From Paraspadella gotoi (taxonomy: Eukaryota > Animalia > Chaetognatha): a stretch of DNA of 64,000 nt. This document shows, piece by piece, positions 31,576 to 43,600 of this stretch. A model generated the notes under the pieces. That model was given only the letters and a program-made list of their open reading frames with translations. It made no database searches and had not been told where the DNA came from. The number at the start of each line of letters is the position of its first letter. The first letter of the stretch is position 1. The DNA lies in NCBI GenBank assembly GCA_051294375.1, contig CM119263.1, positions 16,222,532 to 16,286,531 on the forward strand, read 5' to 3'. A program made the translations under genes and the position numbers.

Positions 31576-32675
31576 ATATTATATATATTATTATATTATA
31601 TATATTTATAAAAATTTTTTTATCAGATAATTGATTATTTGATATTTGATAATTTCATTTAACTCCCATTTGAAATCCGCTAGCGCCACCTTTAGGAAAT
31701 CCAAAAACTATAAAAAATACGTATAAGACATAATTTCGATGCAGTGCATATCATAAATACAATGGCTATGAAAGTTTTGTAGTCATGTTATGTCATGCTA
31801 TGTCACGTGAAAATAAAGTCACTGCGGCGCAACACATTGTAATCACCGTTCTTGTTTTATTTTTGTTACATTTAATTTTAAAATACTAAGAGAAACAAAT
31901 TGTGCATTGTTAGTTTAATTTTTTAGAAACTTATACAGTTCTTTTTTGCTTTTTCTCAGGCCTCTGCGCGATTCGTGTTTGGATCAGCCCCATTAGTTCA
32001 GTCTGACCTCTCATTTGCCGGATCTACGATGGACAGGTGAGACCGAGACTTAATATGATTTTTAACACTAAAACTCTTTAATATGAGACTTTGACCTTTC
32101 AGCAACGTTGTCCGAGGCCCAAATAGAAACTTCTGCAATGATAACCATCATCAAACAAACAAAAAAATTTATTGCCAAATCCTTTTAACAGACAAATGGA
32201 CATTGGCGTAATGATTCCGACGACGCAGCCCGTCGTTACGTCTTCATCATCGACGGCGCCAGCGTCATTCGCATCCCTCACTGCCGCTTCAAATGTTTCC
32301 GCCGACAATGAAGCCGACGACGCCGCTTATCTTCCCACGCCTGATGATGGCGACCATGACCGTTCGGGAACCGACGACGACGCCGTCTACTATCCGCCGC
32401 TGGTGGAAGGTTCGGGATGTCACTGGGCCAAAACGGTAGCATTCAGAATATATCTCAAGATTGCTTATTTATTTTCTTCAGGAGATGAATCCTCGTCCGA
32501 AGCACCTACGGCATGGGGTGTTGGAGCCAGCGCCACATCGGCACCGGCGACGTCTACGACTTCTTCCACGGGAACGTCCGTCGCGGAATCCACCGGGAGA
32601 AATGTCTCCATCGTCCCTATGCGCGGCGGGGTCGCTCGCCGGAGCAGGGGTGGTTTAGGCGGCGCAAGGTTTTGA
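22185..32675 (+). CDS. TPR: Nucleoprotein TPR/Megator (nuclear basket coiled-coil)
   Basis: Exons 22185-28122, 28272-29064, 30203-30809, 31960-32036, 32192-32409, 32482-32675. TPR motifs LAPSAAAASKMLRSGMSLSQIY, ELEAKAPILKKQREDYE, LVLFRTIEELQQRNRELL.VVREL, RFLRREKEIAE, PTANIRP, acidic tract, VPSTPTL. Confidence 0.93.
29704..30125 (+). mobile_element. 5'-truncated copy of the DIRS-type right end plus ~310-bp downstream sequence
   Basis: Near-identical to 40941-41356; located in a TPR intron. Confidence 0.8.
30839..31858 (+). mobile_element. Probable Helentron-derived (HINE-like) element with nested fragments
   Basis: 5' hairpin TTGCGAGTGCTCGCGGAGCAAC-TCTAT, GTCGGT/GTCCGTC microsatellite-like tract, 3' end ...GCGGCGCAAC...GTTCTTGTTTT; contains a Tc1-like TIR (TA-CAGTCCTGTGCAAAA) and a SINE fragment. 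Confidence 0.45.
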
Positions 32676-32937
32676 AAAATGCGATTGAAAAATAAAGCCG
32701 GATTGAGAACTAAATCTGTTGTTGTTATCTTATTGTGCTTCTTAGCGACTTTATGCGATAAAAAAATTATTTGCTATTAAATGTTAAACGACTATATATA
32801 TATTGATTTACAAAAATGTATCTTTTTTTCCCAAATATTATATTTCCTAAATTGCGCTTGCATTTTTTTTTGTTCCATAGAAAAAGGTATCAATATTTTG
32901 ACCATTTTCGAGTATTACCCTGAAATATAGCATCAAA

Positions 32938-33253
32938 ATGACGGAGGCTACGTCCAAAAAGCAAACCCCGTCCGACTTTTTAAAACAGATCATTGGTCGA
33001 CCTGTTGTTGTCAAACTGAACTCTGGTAAGTTCCTTAATCCTTTTGATTTTTTGTTAATACCGTTAAAAAAATCCTAAAAAAAATTCAGGCGTTGACTAT
33101 CGTGGGGTATTAGCGTGTCTAGATGGTTACATGAACATCGCTCTTGAGGCCACCGAAGAATATGTCAACGGGCAACTTAAAAACAAATACGGTGACGCCT
33201 TCATAAGGGGCAATAACGTTCTGTACATCAGCACCGTTAAAAGACTGAGATGA
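32938..33253 (+). CDS. LSM6: U6 snRNA-associated Sm-like protein LSm6
   Basis: Exons 32938-33025, 33090-33253: KQTPSDFLKQIIGRPVVVKLNSGVDYRGVLACLDGYMNIALE.TEEYVNGQLKNKYGDAFIRGNNVLYIST. Missing from the supplied + strand ORF track. Confidence 0.97.
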
Positions 33254-33636
33254 CAAATTTTCTCTATTTCAGTGCCATTGCTATTTTTTTTGTTCATTCC
33301 CTCTTTGATTCGATATTTTTTTTTTAAAACTGTTGATATACGTATATCTCGTTTTTTCATTCTTTTGTCAGAATTGATCTTGAAAAAATGTTATTATTTA
33401 ACCGGACTACCAAAATCCGATCCAGATCAAGCCCATCAATCAATTGGCTCCCTATACCGTCTCAATATCAACTTTTTACATTGAAATGATCAGTGTCCAG
33501 AAATCGAACCATTCAGCATTGTTGACTCTCTTGTTGACTAGCCGCATCCCCGTATTTTAAAGCATTTTTTTAAGCACGCCTCCATTTATTTTTCCTCCTT
33601 CATTTACGGTTTTATGAATTGATTTCTTCTCGCCTC

Positions 33637-34905
33637 ATGAATCCCGCCGCGCCGCCAAGTGCCTTGGAAGGCATGGAAAGCCTCGAACCGCCAGTAAAAC
33701 GATACCGAGGCGGGGCTGGCGTCGTTACCGTCTCTTCTCAAGGGCTCCTTCCGGGGCCGCCGCCCCCGCCGCCCATCAACCCGATCAGTACTTATGTCAG
33801 TCCTCTCAACAACAATAACCCCAATAGCAACAACAACAACAACGCTTCTCTGCAGTTGCCCGTGCAGCCCCAGCTGGCCTACTTAACGGGTCAGACGACA
33901 TCTGGGATGGTGGAGGCATCTCTGAAGGGGCTTGCAGGCCATGATGGCGTCCAAACCGAGAAGGAGCCATCACGGTCGCCAGGAGCGGCCAGTTCTGGTT
34001 CGGCTGGGGCGATGGAGGGTGCAGCCGAAGCGGGCGACGTCAAGACCCTGTTTGTCTCTGGTCTTCCCTTTGACACCAAACACAGAGAGCTGTATCTTCT
34101 GTTTAGGTCTGTGTATTGGGTTTTCTGTTTTTAGCCACTCATTTCTAACATATAACATTTTGTTTAGACCAAACTATCATAATTTTCCTTACAGTTGATC
34201 GAATGCTTTTTTCCCAGATCTTACCCCGGTTATTCGTCGTGCCTTTTGAAAGGCCCCTCGTCGATGAAGCCGGGTGCGACCCTCAACAGAAAGCAGTCGA
34301 GTCCCATTGCTTTCGTAACGTTCTCTACGCGGGCTCAAGCGGAGCGGGCCAAACAGGAGCTGCAGGGCGTGCGGTTTGATCCCGATCTGCCCACTACTTT
34401 AAGGCTCGAGTTCGCCCGCAGCAACACTAAGGCCTCCACCACCTTTAACAAGCTCAAACGTCAACACTCTCCGCAACCGCCTTTGGCCGCCGCTCTGCAG
34501 CAGGTGCAGCAGCAAGTGGCGGGACTTGCGTCTCAACAACAAAATGTCGGTGCTCCTCAGCCGGTCGGCGGGGGTGCTCAGCTAGTAGCACCTCATACCT
34601 CCTATCTTCCTCACCACAACCCCTTTACATCTCCTAATCAAATCCATCCGGCCGTTCTCAGGATCGCGCAGATGCAACAGGTGCTGCAGTTGGTGCCCGG
34701 CATGGGGGGTTATCCAGTGCAGGCTCCTCCTGCCGTGTCCCTTGCGGGGCAGATACCCGCCCAGCCTCTTCATGCTGGGGCCCCGGTTTCCGTTCCTGGA
34801 CAACAGCAGCGAAGAACGGACCCATGGGCGGCTGCGGGGCAGCCGCATCCTGCAGCGCTAGCTGCTGCAGCGGCCGCTGCCGCCGCAGGTTTTCCGATCA
34901 TATAA
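33637..34905 (+). CDS. RBPMS/couch potato/MEC-8 family RRM protein
   Basis: Exons 33637-34106, 34218-~34888/34905. [28 protein letters not shown]...PIAFVTF..RAQAE.AKQELQGVRFDPDLPTTLRLEFARSNTK. The C-terminus is uncertain: a possible donor at 34889 could join an acceptor at 34937. Confidence 0.88.
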
Positions 34906-36695
34906 ATTCGGGTACTTAACTACTTATTCTTTCACAGTGAGCTGCTTCATAAGAAAAAGGTTGACACGGGATTTTTCGGGAAAATTGTTTTATTTTAATA
35001 TCAAGCATGGTTCGTTTATGGTTACGTAAAGCAGTTAGTCTTTGTGTTTACCAGAATTCCGTTGTACCGAAAAAAAATTTTTGTAGCTCTTGTGTTCCTT
35101 TTTTTTTTTTTTTTTTTTTGAACCGCTTTACATAGGTATCGGTGTTTTTCGAATGATGGTTGAAAGTAGCACCTTTTGCAAATTCTGAGTGAGTTTACTT
35201 ATTACACAAAAGCATACCATAATAACTTTGTTGTAGATGTTACGAAATAGATTCTTCACTTTATTCACCCAGTTATATTTTATAGATCATTGTAACCAAA
35301 TTGCATTCTTCACAAGAAATTAAGGAGACGGTTTCCGATCGATTGTGTGCGATTGGAAAGGCTTTGCTAAACGGGAAAGGGTCATATTTAAAAAGGAAGT
35401 CGGTTAAAAGTTTTAAATAGGTATGATAGTTAAGTAAGAAAGTAAGTATGCTTGAAAACGAAATTAGAATCTTTGCTCGAAAAACCATGTGATCCTCCAA
35501 TAGATATTTATGGTGTTTTTGACGATCATGGATACGAAATTTGGCTTATTTTGCATGCGAAGCTTAAAAACGGCAAGATAACGGGGTTTGGCTCAATTTA
35601 CACGTCCATAAGTGTCTTTATTATATATTCTCAGTGCCTCTGTATTATCTAATTATTCCACAGACAAAACGCGCAAGTCACTCAGTTTCTCGTTTTTCTT
35701 GGAACCTTCATATATTATATAATACATATATTAAAGAAACGAAACATATTTTATTAAAAACGTACAAAAAGTGAACCAAAATATTACCTTTAATATTTGA
35801 CAATTTTTTTTTCATTTTTTAAGTTCATTCGGGTAATAATTAGAATTCCATAAAAAACTGCTATTATAATTGTCACTTTTTTGGCACTTTTTAAAAATTT
35901 TCCTTAGTTTTTTAACTGATTCTTTGCTTTAAAAAAACAAAAAAGTTTAAATTAGTATAAACAAATCGTTTAAAACGGCCTTTAGATACGATGATGATAC
36001 TTTTTGTCCTATAATCAAATTTTAGAGTTAATGATTACTTTTTTTGTGGTTCGTTTTTTTGTTCTGTTTATTTGCCTAACGTCGAACGCGAGAATAACAG
36101 AAATAAACATTATTCACTTCTAAATTGGGAGAAGGATCGATTTGTTGTTTGTTCTTTCATTTCTTATCTAACTCGTGAATTTTATTTTTTTCAACTAAAG
36201 AATAATAAGCTGAAAAATCCCTTATTGCGAAATGAGCAACTCATATGACGAATCGGTGGTTCTCCTCTCTTGATCAATGTTATTTACGCGGTCGTCCAGT
36301 TTTGCAGCAACGGTTTTTTTCTGCTTCAATACTAAGTGCCAATTGCTGTAATGACAGCAAGTTGTTACGACTTTTACTTCGGTAATCGGTGCCCTATACA
36401 ACTTACAATACAGCTTTGTTAATTAGAATTTATTAATTACGATGAATTTCGACAACACAGTGACTTAATATCACTAAATAAAGCTTAATTCATTTCCCTT
36501 TTTTTCGCGTGGGAATTTAATTTTAATCATGAATTTGAGTTTAACATTCCAATATAACCATTTTTGGTTGATAAAATCACCTATCATAAACCGTAATGTG
36601 ATTTCACTTTTTTCTGTCTACAGATTTCTATTTACTACAATTACAGCTCATATACCAACGGAACTAATAAAAATAAACTACTTAAAAAATTAAAA

Positions 36696-37453
36696 ATGGC
36701 GGACGTTTTGGACCTTCACGAACAGGACGACGAAGAGTTTGAAGTAGATGAGGAAGGCGATCGAGGGATCCAACGACTCAAGGAGCGCGTCAAGAAGCGA
36801 AAAGGTCGTGGCTTCGGCGGGGACAGCGGACCCAAGGCCGGCGATGACCTGTATGAAGCCATGGATGTTGTTGAGGTTAGAAGACTTCAATTCCTATTCC
36901 GGCCTGATTGTGTAGTTTGTACTGTATAGTAATTGATTAAATTGACGTTGAAATTTTTTGCATTCTTTAGAGCGGGAGCGAAAACGGTCCCCAGCGATCT
37001 ATTGAAGGCTGGATTCTTTTCATAACCAACGTCCACGAGGAGGCCACTGAAGAAGACGTTATGGACAAGTTTAGCGACTACGGCGAAATCAAGAACATCC
37101 ATCTTAATCTTGACCGACGCACAGGTTTCCTAAAAGGTCAGATTTCAACTGCTTCAAAGTTTTATTAGTTGATAAATTGTTAATCCTAAGTTTCATAAAC
37201 TGATGAAGATTGAAGTGATTACATTATCGAATATTCAGGCTACGCCCTAGTCGAGTACGAGACCTTCAAAGAAGCTCAGGCGGCGATGGAATCTCTCAAC
37301 GGCAGCGACCTTCTCGGCCAAACCATCCAAGTGGACTGGGCTTTCGTCCGCGCCCCCTACAAGAGTCAGCGCGAAATAGAGAGAGAGAAAAGGCGTGCCG
37401 ATCGGGATCGCAGGCGACGTCGCTCGTCCAGTGGCGACAGGAGACGGCGATGA
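36696..37453 (+). CDS. RBM8A: Exon junction complex subunit RBM8A/Y14
   Basis: Exons 36696-36875, 36971-37136, 37239-37453. [63 protein letters not shown]. Confidence 0.97.
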
Positions 37454-37691
37454 AGAGGTCCGTGGACTTGGCTCGTTATAGGAGCAATGCCAATGGAGCA
37501 TGGAAATCGCAAATTGCCGCTGCGCCACTCGGGAGCGTACGAGGGTTTTTAATTTTTTTCTTTCTCTGTTTAATGTTCGATTTACATCGCAATTTCCTTT
37601 CTAATCCATTTCCGTGCTGGAAATTCTTCGATCATTTTCGCATTTTTTTCTCTTTCCAGGATGATTTATCACTAAATTGTTTTAGCGCCTC

Positions 37692-40600
37692 ATGGCGTCG
37701 GAATTGAAACAGTGCGGATGTAAAGGTATCCGCCGATGCCTCTTGTGCGCGGAAGATATTGACATGCAGCAGATTGCCAACGCAAAAGACACTTTCGTTT
37801 TTTGTCCATCATGTAGCTTGGCCTACCGAGCATCCGTTCATAATTTTAGCCTCGATCAGTGTGAATGGCACAAGACGGCTACAGGTATAATGGTATAGTG
37901 ATTAACTGAACAACCGATTGATCAATATATATATGAAAGTTGCAAAATTACTTGTTTCACTATTTTTATTTTTTAGATTTATAATTTTATTTATTTGTTA
38001 AAATATTTTTTTTAAATATTTAAATATTTTTTTATTTATCTGTTTGGGATGGGGATGTTAGTGTTGTCTTCTGGAAATAGAAATAGATTGCTTTCTGTTC
38101 CAGTTTTCTAATAGATATCGTACATTATTCCTGTTGAAAAATCATTAATGAGAAACTCATAATATCTACAATGCCGAACAAAAAGGGGGGGATGGATAAT
38201 GGATAATTGGATATTTTTTGGGGGGATTAAGGTTATATTGTATGATTATTTTTACCATAAGGATAAGACTACATAGTAGAATTCTGTTAGTTCTGTTAGG
38301 GATACATACTGGGGAAAATTTTATAGGGGCACCTTTATATTTCAAATGTATTTTTAAAGTATATGTTAAAATATGGATTTCGGCTCTTTAATCCGAATAT
38401 CCAGGTTCAGGCGAGCCATCACCATATGGTGATCCTTCTATTCTATCATGTAGTTCTTCCCCACCAACAAGTGAGCATCTGCTCTGCAAACGCGACATCC
38501 CCCGAGAGAAAAACGAAGAGGAAACCTCCTCTTCCCCGCCTTCTCTTCCCCCTCCCGTACGCTACCTCAGTACGCCGACACGAGACAGAATCACTTCTTC
38601 TGTTCGCGCTTTTGCGCACAGTCTCCCGGTTTTTTTCGAAAATATTTTTTGATTATTTTTGTTAAATAATTCTGCATATTTTTCTTTTCTCTTTTTTTGG
38701 AGTTCAGAATACAGATATTCTTCAACACGTGGCTGTTTGAAGTTCTCTCTTCACGGCCGCCATCTTTCTCCGTCTTCGTTGTGCGTGGCTTTGGAGGGAA
38801 GAACCTTGATTCGGCCCTCTCGCTTGCCCTCGACGCATCCTGCGCGGCTGCGGGGGGAAGAACCTTGATTCGGCCCCCTTGTTTGCCCAGTAAGGCGTAG
38901 TGAAAGTTACATACGAAAATTCTAAAAGTCAATTATGAACAACATACCATCAGTGAACATTAATTTGTAAAAAAAATTAATTTGATGTTTTTTAATTTTC
39001 GCAGTAGGCTATATTTATATATAGTACTATCCTTATAAAATCGAAAAATTTCAAAATGGGCTTTTCTTAATTTTGATTGCAGATTTGAATTCCTCATCAA
39101 AAGTTGATAAAAGAAAATATAAATCTTTTTTAAAAATTATTTTATTAAGCGAGTTAAAAATTAAAAAAACTATTTAATATATAAAAAGTTTATTTTCAGT
39201 TTAAAATATAGCTTTTTCTAATTTTTGACCCACTTAATGAAAGAGTTTTTCAAAAAGAGTTATATTTCTTTTTATCAACTTTTTATGACGAATCCAAATC
39301 TGCAAAAAAATCTTAGAAAAAACTGTTTTGAAATTTTAACATTTATTGGTTTAGTACTAGTATAAATATGGCCTACTGCGTAAATTGTTAAATTTATTAT
39401 AAATTTTTTAATTATATAAATGTTCATTAGTATAATGTTGTTCGTTCCTCACTTTTAGAATTTTAATTAAAGTTAAATTTAGAAATTTTACTACGCCTTA
39501 TTGCCCAGTGCGCACAGTACGGCTGCAGGGGGGAAGAACTTTGTTTTCGGCCCCCTTGTTTGTCCAGTACGCTCCGTTTTTTGGACTGAGGCGCGTGTTT
39601 TTCAACTCGTCTACTCTCATGTCTCTTCCGCCGCCGCCTTCGCCGCCTCCACCGCCAGCCATTCCGGGCTGTTCTGGTCAGGCCGAGGCCATGCCTTCTC
39701 AGATGGAGGCAGTTCTTCTCCAAATTAGCAATGCTCTCTCTAGCGTTCGTCTCGAATTTAAGGAGTTTCGCCGCTCGTCTCTTTCCGAGTTGGAGAGTCT
39801 TCGGCGGTGAGTTCCTCTCTTTTCGTCTTTTTGCTTTTTCGCCTTTTTTGGCGTACATTCGGCGTACAGAGGGGTTTACCTCCTTTGCCCCACCTAACTC
39901 GACTTTGTTTGTTTTTGTCGGGCCTTCGCCTGGTCTTGTTACAGGCTCACTTGTTGGTGGGGAAGAACTACATGATAGAATTTATGGTTCCGAATGGAAC
40001 CGGGATTCTTCATGGTTTTTCCCTACCAACAACCACCAACCGTCCACCCCTGGCACCACCGGTGGTAGAGGGCGGCTCAGGCTCGCTTTTTCTTGTTTGG
40101 TGGGGTGTTTTTTTGGGGTTGAGACTGTTATTTTTCAATGATCTCTTTTTTTTCCATGTACGTTTTCTTCATGGTTTTTGGACGCCTCTGTTCGCCATTC
40201 GCCGTTCTTTGTTGGTCTTCGTTTGTACGCCAGCGACTTGGAGTCACGTTCTTTGGCGGCGGATCGGCCTTTACGCTCCGAGAGGGTGACTGTGTCACGC
40301 CTTCCTCGTCGAGCCCCATCTGCGCGAGTCGACGACGCCTCCATTTCCGTATCAGAGGAGGGTTCCTCCTCTGAAGAGTCTGTTGAGGGGTTTGACAACT
40401 TCCTGTCTCGTTGTGCTTCTGTACAGCCTTCGGAGTGGGTCTTACAGCAGTGGAGGGACTTGCGCAGAGTTGGCCAGGACGACGTTCTTTTACCGTCGTG
40501 GGACGTGTTTTCCGCCAACACGCATTTCAGGCGCTGGTCGGATGTCTCTTCGCCAGCGGAATTTCGTCCTCCTGCTCGAGAGTTGCCTTGCCGCTCAGTT

Positions 40601-43600
40601 CGACGCGCGCTTTCAAGGCTTTTGGCCCTCTCCGAGTCTCGGCGCTTAGTTGTCGACGCTGCCCCTTCGGATCTCAAGACAGTTCTGTCCAGTTCTCCGC
40701 CCTCCACGGCATTCTTTTTTGGAGACCGTCAGTTTCTCCAGACCCGGTTTTCGTCTATGGACTGGTTTTTTGTGGTTTCTCATCCTCCCCTTCTACGACG
40801 TCCGGTCAAGTGGGCGTGGCGCTTCACCGGAAGTCTTCGCGGGATTCCCCCCCTTGGTTTGCTTGGTTACGAGTGATTCTGTCTCGTGACGGCGTACTGA
40901 GGTAGTGTACGGGAGGGGGAAGAGAAGGCGGGGAAGAGGATTTCCTATTTTTTCTCTCGGGAGATGTCGCGTTTGCAGAGCAGAAGCTCACTTGTTGGTG
41001 GGGAAGAACCATGAAGAATCCCGGTTCCATTCGGAACCATAAATTTCTCCTCTGGAGTTGGCTTGGGACTTAGCAGGCCCGTAAAAGCCCCCCCTTTTTG
41101 CTTTAACCTTCTTTTAACTGCCCTTTTGTTTTTAACCATTTCCCTCTTTTGCTCAAAGTTAACCTCTGCTTCACTCAGAACCAATTTTTTGCTTCCTAAG
41201 CTTTGCTTAAGACCAACCCTTGCTTTTTCTAAAAGCCAATCCTTGCTTCTACCGCTTTTCTTAAAGCTAATCCCTGCTTTGCCTAAAACCTATCCCTGCA
41301 ATATCAATTACTAAGTAAACTAATAAAAAAGGTAGTCACCTACTTTTTTATTACATCCTTTATTTTATTTATTTATTTTATTTATGTCTCATTCTATTTT
41401 CTCTTTTAATTATATGTAGCTATCTCTCTCTCTTTTCCCCAGTACTGATTCATCGTAGCTGGCTCTGCAGGGACTCTTTCTTTTTCTCTCTTTTCTCCTA
41501 CTGCTTTCATTTTGACTTCATAATACTTATTTTTTATGATATTTTAAAGTATGATAGCTCGCTAGAATCAGAAATAGCCATATTTTTATATTATATCATT
41601 TTTCAGTAAGAATTCTAATATTAAAAGCTTAAAATATTAGCAAAAAATAGACAAATCACAATTTTATTTGTATATTTTTGAAGAAAAAAGGGGATCACAA
41701 GTCATGTTTGATTAAAAAACCTTTAAATATTAAATTTAATCTATTATTGGCATATTTTTCTATCAATTAAAACCTTTTATGACAAAATCGATCAAAAATT
41801 GACTCAAATATGAATATTTTTTAATATTTTTTTTACTTTTTAAGCATTTTATGGAATTGTTTTTGTCAATATCTCAAAAACGAATCGTCACAGAGAACTG
41901 AGATTAGACTCAAAAGAAAGATCATAAAATGAGGATTCTTTTGGATATATAATATTACTAATTATGCTCTTGCTTGATGTTAAATTATTTAAAAATATAT
42001 ATATATAAAATTTATCAATTTTATACATAGCATTTCATAGTACTTATTTGTTGAAGAAAAATTTAAAATGAGGTTAATTTTGAAGCTAAGCAATTGTATG
42101 TTACATTCCTATAGTTTTTTATTAAATAATAATTGAATAAGTCTTTCATGTAGTAATTACAAAATGGTTACTATTTTTGTAAGAAATTGAGTTATTTTCA
42201 ATAATAACTTGAGAACGAGGCTTATGAGAGTGAGTTCAAATTAAAGCTCTCTTTCAGTAGATAATGATTGATAAAAAGAAAGTCAAATTTGACAAAGAAT
42301 GACAAAGTCGTTGATTAATTTCTCATCATTTTGAATGAAAAATTATAACAAAACTTTAAAATTCAATTAAAAAAAACTTGCTTGGATCAGAATTTTTCGA
42401 CTTCACTACGATGTAGTAAAAACATATTTTTCATTTTTTTGTGTTTCAAAAATGGATTATTTCTATTTTCTTTTTCGGGGTGTCTCGGTTACCGTGTGCT
42501 GACTTTTGATTTCTTTCTTTTTTTCTGGCTGCCTCTGCTGCTGCCGCTGCTGATTGGTCCGAAAACGATTTGGCTTCTCTCTCTATCTCTCTCTCTCTCT
42601 CTGCGTTTTTATTAAAAAAAAAACATTGAATTAGGATTGAACTTGTAAAATTAGGCATCGCATTCTTACGTGTTATCATTTTGCTATCGGATTTTTATTT
42701 CGTTTTTATATCTCTCTTTCTCTCTCTCTCTTTATGCAATTTTTGCTATCTGGTATGTTATTTTATTGATACAAAAGAGAGGAGCCAGTTGACTCACTCA
42801 ATCCATTATATGAAATTGGTACAACCAATATAAAAATTATCCATTCATTTAATAAATAAGCTATCTTGCCCCTGACTTTGGACAGGCTTTGGTGGTTTAA
42901 GGCCTCCATCACTCTTACAAGATAATGACATAGCAGGTCCCTGCAAGCTTTCAATCAAGACTCTCTCACAGTCTTGTTTATTCACTCCCAGAGTACCTGG
43001 CTTCCCTATCAATGAAGTGGAAAATATTTCAAAGAATGTTTCAATTGTATGAAAAGACCACTCCCTTAAGTATTAATTATATATTATTTTATTTTATCAT
43101 GAGTTATTATCTACAGAAGGCTTCATATTATAAAATGTGGTACCCCTTTTTTGTGACCAGAACACGTTCCGAGGAAACTACTGGACCAAATTTATTGATA
43201 TTTAGTATGAACGATTCCTATGTGAATATAAACAGAACTATCGAGGCGAATTTCAATATTTGACCCCTGAGCCGAGATATGGGGCCCCGGAGGGGTCACC
43301 CTTAAGGGCAATAAATTTTTTCATTATTTTTGTTTTTAACAGTTGCATAGACGTTTACTTTTCCACAAAAACGTATTAATTACCACAAAAATATTAGTTT
43401 ACCTTAATTTTCAGCTTCATGAACATCAGCAGTTCGTCAGTTTTGAAATAATTTAGGAAAATTGGAAGCAAAATGATGAACCATGCATCTTCAAACTATT
43501 CTTAATTATTGAAATTTTTTCAATTTTAGTTTTAAAATGTTTTTTTTTATATGTTTAAAACGTAAATGCACCTGATGCCAATAAAAATATTTTAAAAAAT

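Larger units (their letters stand above)
38440..41045 (+). mobile_element. Small DIRS-type (tyrosine-recombinase class) retroelement, non-autonomous
   Basis: ITRs ~38453-38594 / ~40872-41009. Internal complementary region 39945-40032 is the reverse complement of both the left end (38441-38476, perfect) and the right end (40992-41045, 2 mismatches). ATT at both termini. No RT or recombinase ORF seen. Confidence 0.85.

Noticed and set aside
36480-36620. Possible spliced-leader RNA gene (T-rich Sm-site-like motif)
   Set aside because: No convincing leader-donor hairpin plus Sm site arrangement; no SL RNA gene can be supported in this window.
37200-37238. CTGATGAAGA in RBM8A intron 2 resembling a hammerhead or C-box start
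   Set aside because: No stem II followed by GAAA, no cleavage-site helix and no terminal D box.
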